Source: Clostridium sp. (GTDB lineage: Bacteria; Bacillota; Clostridia; Clostridiales; Clostridiaceae). Taken from it: 64,000 bases of DNA. Shown here in pieces: positions 60,915-64,000 of this stretch (its first letter is position 1; every line of letters starts with the position of its first letter). The translations under genes were made by a program, and so were the position numbers. The stretch covers positions 12,857 through 76,856 of the forward strand of contig JBOFVP010000168.1 of the NCBI GenBank assembly GCA_051653165.1, given 5' to 3'. The notes beneath the pieces are model-generated. The model searched no databases, was not told where the DNA came from, and saw only the letters and a program-made list of their open reading frames with translations.

Positions 60915-61526
60915 CTATTTTATTATTTCTATAACTTTTGAGTAGTCACAACTATATTTTCCTTTTATTTTAAAATTATATTTATTAAGGTAAGTACCGT
61001 AGTTTAAATTTAAAAAATCCTTAAATCCTTTAGGTTCCATTAACTCAATAATTTTAAACATACTTCTTCTAAACTTATCCTTTGGCACCTCCCATTCTAA
61101 TATTAATAAAGTTCCACCCCTCTTTAATACCCTATAGCTTTCTTTTAACATTCCTTCTCTGACCTCTTCAGGAACCTCATGTAAAACTAAGGAAATTACA
61201 GCAAAATCAAACTCTTCATTATTAAACTTTAACTTAGTACCATCCATTAAAATGGTTTTAATATTTTTCATATTTAGCTTTTCAAATTTTTCATTAGCTA
61301 TATTTAACATATCTTGAGATAGGTCTATTCCTATAATGTTTACTTTAGGATTTTCCTTCTTTATTGCTATTGTATTACTTCCTGTTCCAATGCATATCTC
61401 AAGTATATTTATTTTTTCATTTGGAATTATTTTAGCCATCTTTTTTCTTGGATTATTTTCGTTATTTTTAAAATAAAAGACATCTAATAAATCATAAAAC
61501 TTTGATATAATACTGTACTTAAGCAT
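60915..61526 (-). CDS. Class I SAM-dependent methyltransferase (UbiE/MenG-like)
   Basis: ILEICIGTG, GIDLSQDML, FD...SLVLHE, RVLKRGG. Confidence 0.88.
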   Translation of the reverse strand: MLKYSIISKFYDLLDVFYFKNNENNPRKKMAKIIPNEKINILEICIGTGSNTIAIKKENPKVNIIGIDLSQDMLNIANEKFEKLNMKNIKTILMDGTKLKFNNEEFDFAVISLVLHEVPEEVREGMLKESYRVLKRGGTLLILEWEVPKDKFRRSMFKIIELMEPKGFKDFLNLNYGTYLNKYNFKIKGKYSCDYSKVIEIIK

Positions 61527-61563
61527 TTATTTGCCCCTCTAGATTATAATTTCAATAATAATT

Positions 61564-61627
61564 TACCATATACTTCAATAAAAAGATAGATGCTTTTAGG
61601 AACATTCCTAAAAGCATCTATCTTTTT
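61564..61627 (-). repeat. Terminator plus promoter unit, copy 1
   Basis: AGATAGATGCTTTTAGG-loop-CCTAAAAGCATCTATCT; near-identical to 62965-63028. Confidence 0.75.
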
Positions 61628-62934
61628 TATTGTCCATAACCCACTGTTCTGTAAAAACTACCTGATTGTTGCTTATTATCATCAAACATTGCTCTATTAT
61701 TTTCTGGTTCTGTGTAATTATATCTAAATGGATTATTATAATGAGTATAGTTAAATAGTACATTCATAGACCATGGCGAGTTATATTGTGATATTATCTC
61801 ACTAAACACATATCCCCTTTGGTTTGTAGACTTATATGGATAACTAACCCCTCCATAAGTCCACTGATAACTACCATCATATTTACTTGTAAGCCTTGGA
61901 ATATCAGATGTTAACTTCGCTTCTCCTTCATTCCAAAAAAGCTTCCCACTAATTAACTTATTACTTGCACTACCTGTTAAACTAAATCCATCGTTAAAAT
62001 AAGCTCCTCCATCAACCCAATTAAAGTACTGTATAACATGAATCTTATCTTCTAAAGACTCAACAAAGATAGTAGTACACTCTAAATTGTAATCTCCCTT
62101 TTCATTCTTTACTTCATGTCTATTCCCATCACTTACACTAGTTTCCTTTGGGTCAAACATTAAGGTTTCTGATTGACTTTCAACCTTAATTGGATATTTT
62201 ATATACTCTAATTCCTCATCACTCATCAATTCTAAGGCTTCACTTGGAAATCCCATAAATATTAGAGTTTCTCTAACTTCTGTACTTTCTGGTTTAATAT
62301 ATTCTGTTCCTTTTATTATTAAATGATTTGAAAGGGTTGAAGTTATTCCAAATACTATTGACGAAACAATTATATATCCTATAAGTACAACTCTAAAACT
62401 TAACTTTTTAGTTGTAGCTTTAAGTGGCACTTCCTTTAAATCCCTTGATATTTTATAAATTGAATTAAGTATACATACATAAAATATTAATATAAATACT
62501 GCTCCAAATGGAACAAAAACCATAAAATACATTAAAATATTCACTAATATTATAATTCCAAGGGAACTTCTTTTAAGTATCAATCCATTTGTTTTAAATA
62601 ATTCTTTTACCCCACATCTAAATATCACCAAAAATATTGTTGTGAAAAGTAATGAAATTGTAATTCTACTAATATAACTTATGGTTGTTATATTTAATGG
62701 GCTTGATACTATAACTACTAGTATCAACTTATATATAATCCCTATTATTGAAAAAATATATCCCCATTTAAAGTAATTATTTTCTTCTTTAATTTCTCTA
62801 AACCCATAGTATAATAATGCCGCTCCTATTACTGGTAATATAACATTTAAATACCAATGATCAATAGACATTAATGAAAATCCAAACCCTATTGTAATAT
62901 ATTTAAAAGGTTTTTGCCATAAATTCTCTCCCAT
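61627..62934 (-). CDS. Hypothetical membrane protein (N-terminal TM bundle, C-terminal extracellular domain)
   Basis: About six to seven TM helices then a soluble beta-rich domain; GGGGGAG RBS. Confidence 0.75.
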   Translation of the reverse strand: MGENLWQKPFKYITIGFGFSLMSIDHWYLNVILPVIGAALLYYGFREIKEENNYFKWGYIFSIIGIIYKLILVVIVSSPLNITTISYISRITISLLFTTIFLVIFRCGVKELFKTNGLILKRSSLGIIILVNILMYFMVFVPFGAVFILIFYVCILNSIYKISRDLKEVPLKATTKKLSFRVVLIGYIIVSSIVFGITSTLSNHLIIKGTEYIKPESTEVRETLIFMGFPSEALELMSDEELEYIKYPIKVESQSETLMFDPKETSVSDGNRHEVKNEKGDYNLECTTIFVESLEDKIHVIQYFNWVDGGAYFNDGFSLTGSASNKLISGKLFWNEGEAKLTSDIPRLTSKYDGSYQWTYGGVSYPYKSTNQRGYVFSEIISQYNSPWSMNVLFNYTHYNNPFRYNYTEPENNRAMFDDNKQQSGSFYRTVGYGQ

Positions 62935-62964
62935 GTTATCTCCCCCTATTTATAATACCTAATA

Positions 62965-63028
62965 TACCATATATTTCAATAAAATAATAGGTGCTTTTAG
63001 GGACTATCCTAAAAACACCTATCTTTTT
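62965..63028 (-). repeat. Terminator plus promoter unit, copy 2
   Basis: ATAGGTGCTTTTAGG-loop-CCTAAAAACACCTAT; near-identical to 61564-61627. Confidence 0.75.
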
Positions 63029-63030
63029 TT

Positions 63031-64000
63031 CTATTCTAGCATTTCACGTACCTTAGGAATAACATATCCACTTCCACCCCTACCTTTTACATCTTCAATA
63101 AATGTAACAACTAAACGTGAATTTGCTTGTCCATCTGTCATTCCAACAGTCCATCCTATTTCTGTTCCATTTTCGTCACTTTGACTTGTTTTTATTTCAG
63201 CCGTACCAGTTTTCCCTAGTACTGTTTTTCCTTGAATATTCAATCCATTTCCCGTTGCATTTGGTATGGTTACAACACCTCTAATTGATTCCTTTACAAT
63301 ATTTGAATTTTCCTTAGAGATAATACCACTTTTCCATACAGTTCTTTCTTTTCCAAACTCAATAATTGGAGTTAACACATCGCCGTCATTTGAAAACATT
63401 GTGTATAACACTCCTAAGTGTAGTGGATTCATTAATATTTCACCTTGTCCATATCCACTATCACCAAGTAAAATTTCCTTACTTAAGCCCTCAACTGATG
63501 ATATTTTTGACTTATTCATTGGGAAATCGAAAGGTAATGCCTCACCCATTCCAAGCTTTGCAAGCATATCATGGAAATCCTTTGCCCCAATATCTAATGC
63601 CGTTTTTGCAAAATAAATATTATCTGAATATGCCATTGCATTGTTTAAATTACTTGATCCTTCATATTCCTTAACTCTCGTTATGCTATAACCACCCCAT
63701 GAGTTATCCTTTTGCCATTTTAAATCTGTGATTTTCTTATCTTCATTTGGGTCTAATTTTTTTGTTTCTAAACCAATTGCAGCTGTTATTGGCTTAAATG
63801 CAGATCCTGGACTAACATTTCCTTGGAATCTATTTAAAAGTGGCTTGCTCTCATTATTATTAAATTCTTCCCATTTTTCATTAGATACACCTAATACAAA
63901 ATCATTAGGATCATATGATGGGGAGCTAACTAATGTTAATACCTCTCCTGTTTTAGGGTCCATTGTAACATTACTTCCCTTTTCACCCTTTAATCCATTG
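63031..64000 (-). CDS. Class B penicillin-binding protein transpeptidase domain (PBP2a/PBP3-like), 5' end outside window
   Basis: SxxK (SAFK), SDN, KTGTAE, GYGQGE; frame is open to the window edge. Confidence 0.92.
   Translation of the reverse strand, partial: NGLKGEKGSNVTMDPKTGEVLTLVSSPSYDPNDFVLGVSNEKWEEFNNNESKPLLNRFQGNVSPGSAFKPITAAIGLETKKLDPNEDKKITDLKWQKDNSWGGYSITRVKEYEGSSNLNNAMAYSDNIYFAKTALDIGAKDFHDMLAKLGMGEALPFDFPMNKSKISSVEGLSKEILLGDSGYGQGEILMNPLHLGVLYTMFSNDGDVLTPIIEFGKERTVWKSGIISKENSNIVKESIRGVVTIPNATGNGLNIQGKTVLGKTGTAEIKTSQSDENGTEIGWTVGMTDGQANSRLVVTFIEDVKGRGGSGYVIPKVREMLE

Noticed and set aside
50302-63031. Integron-like cassette array suggested by a run of short co-oriented genes
   Set aside because: No integrase and no recurring attC-like site beyond the single repeat pair; co-orientation is expected from leading-strand bias in clostridia
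63031-64000. mecA
   Set aside because: Same PBP subclass motifs, but such PBPs are normal in clostridia and no mec regulatory or SCC context is visible

Overview
AT-rich chromosomal segment whose gene content, AGGAGG-type RBSs and sporulation-sigma-like promoters point to a spore-forming Clostridium-type Firmicute (inference). Most genes lie on the minus strand. No rRNA, tRNA, CRISPR array, integrase or transposase is visible. From left to right the window holds: an MBOAT/SGNH O-acylation pair; a membrane NERD nuclease; a tightly coupled five-gene operon with two full-length dynamin-like GTPases, a protein with a degenerate P-loop, a membrane-anchored 11-mer-repeat helical protein and a small ORF (best candidate for an undescribed membrane-remodelling or anti-phage system); and a complete YehL/M/P/Q/I-type MoxR-VWA-SWIM-DUF4132 operon preceded by a structured intergenic island. 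Next come housekeeping RNA-modification genes, probable spore proteins, ABC/MATE/MFS transporters, a two-domain isoprenoid synthase next to a UbiA/MenA prenyltransferase (with dxs about 5.5 kb away), a lipoprotein EndoU nuclease with a cognate immunity-like gene, an orphan PcfJ protein and two MerR regulators with clear 19-bp-spacer promoters. Decayed genes (Crp/Fnr fragment, fetAB), two copies of a structured intergenic repeat and three small ORFs missing from the ORF track were also found. All product calls come from motif recognition by eye; no searches were run.
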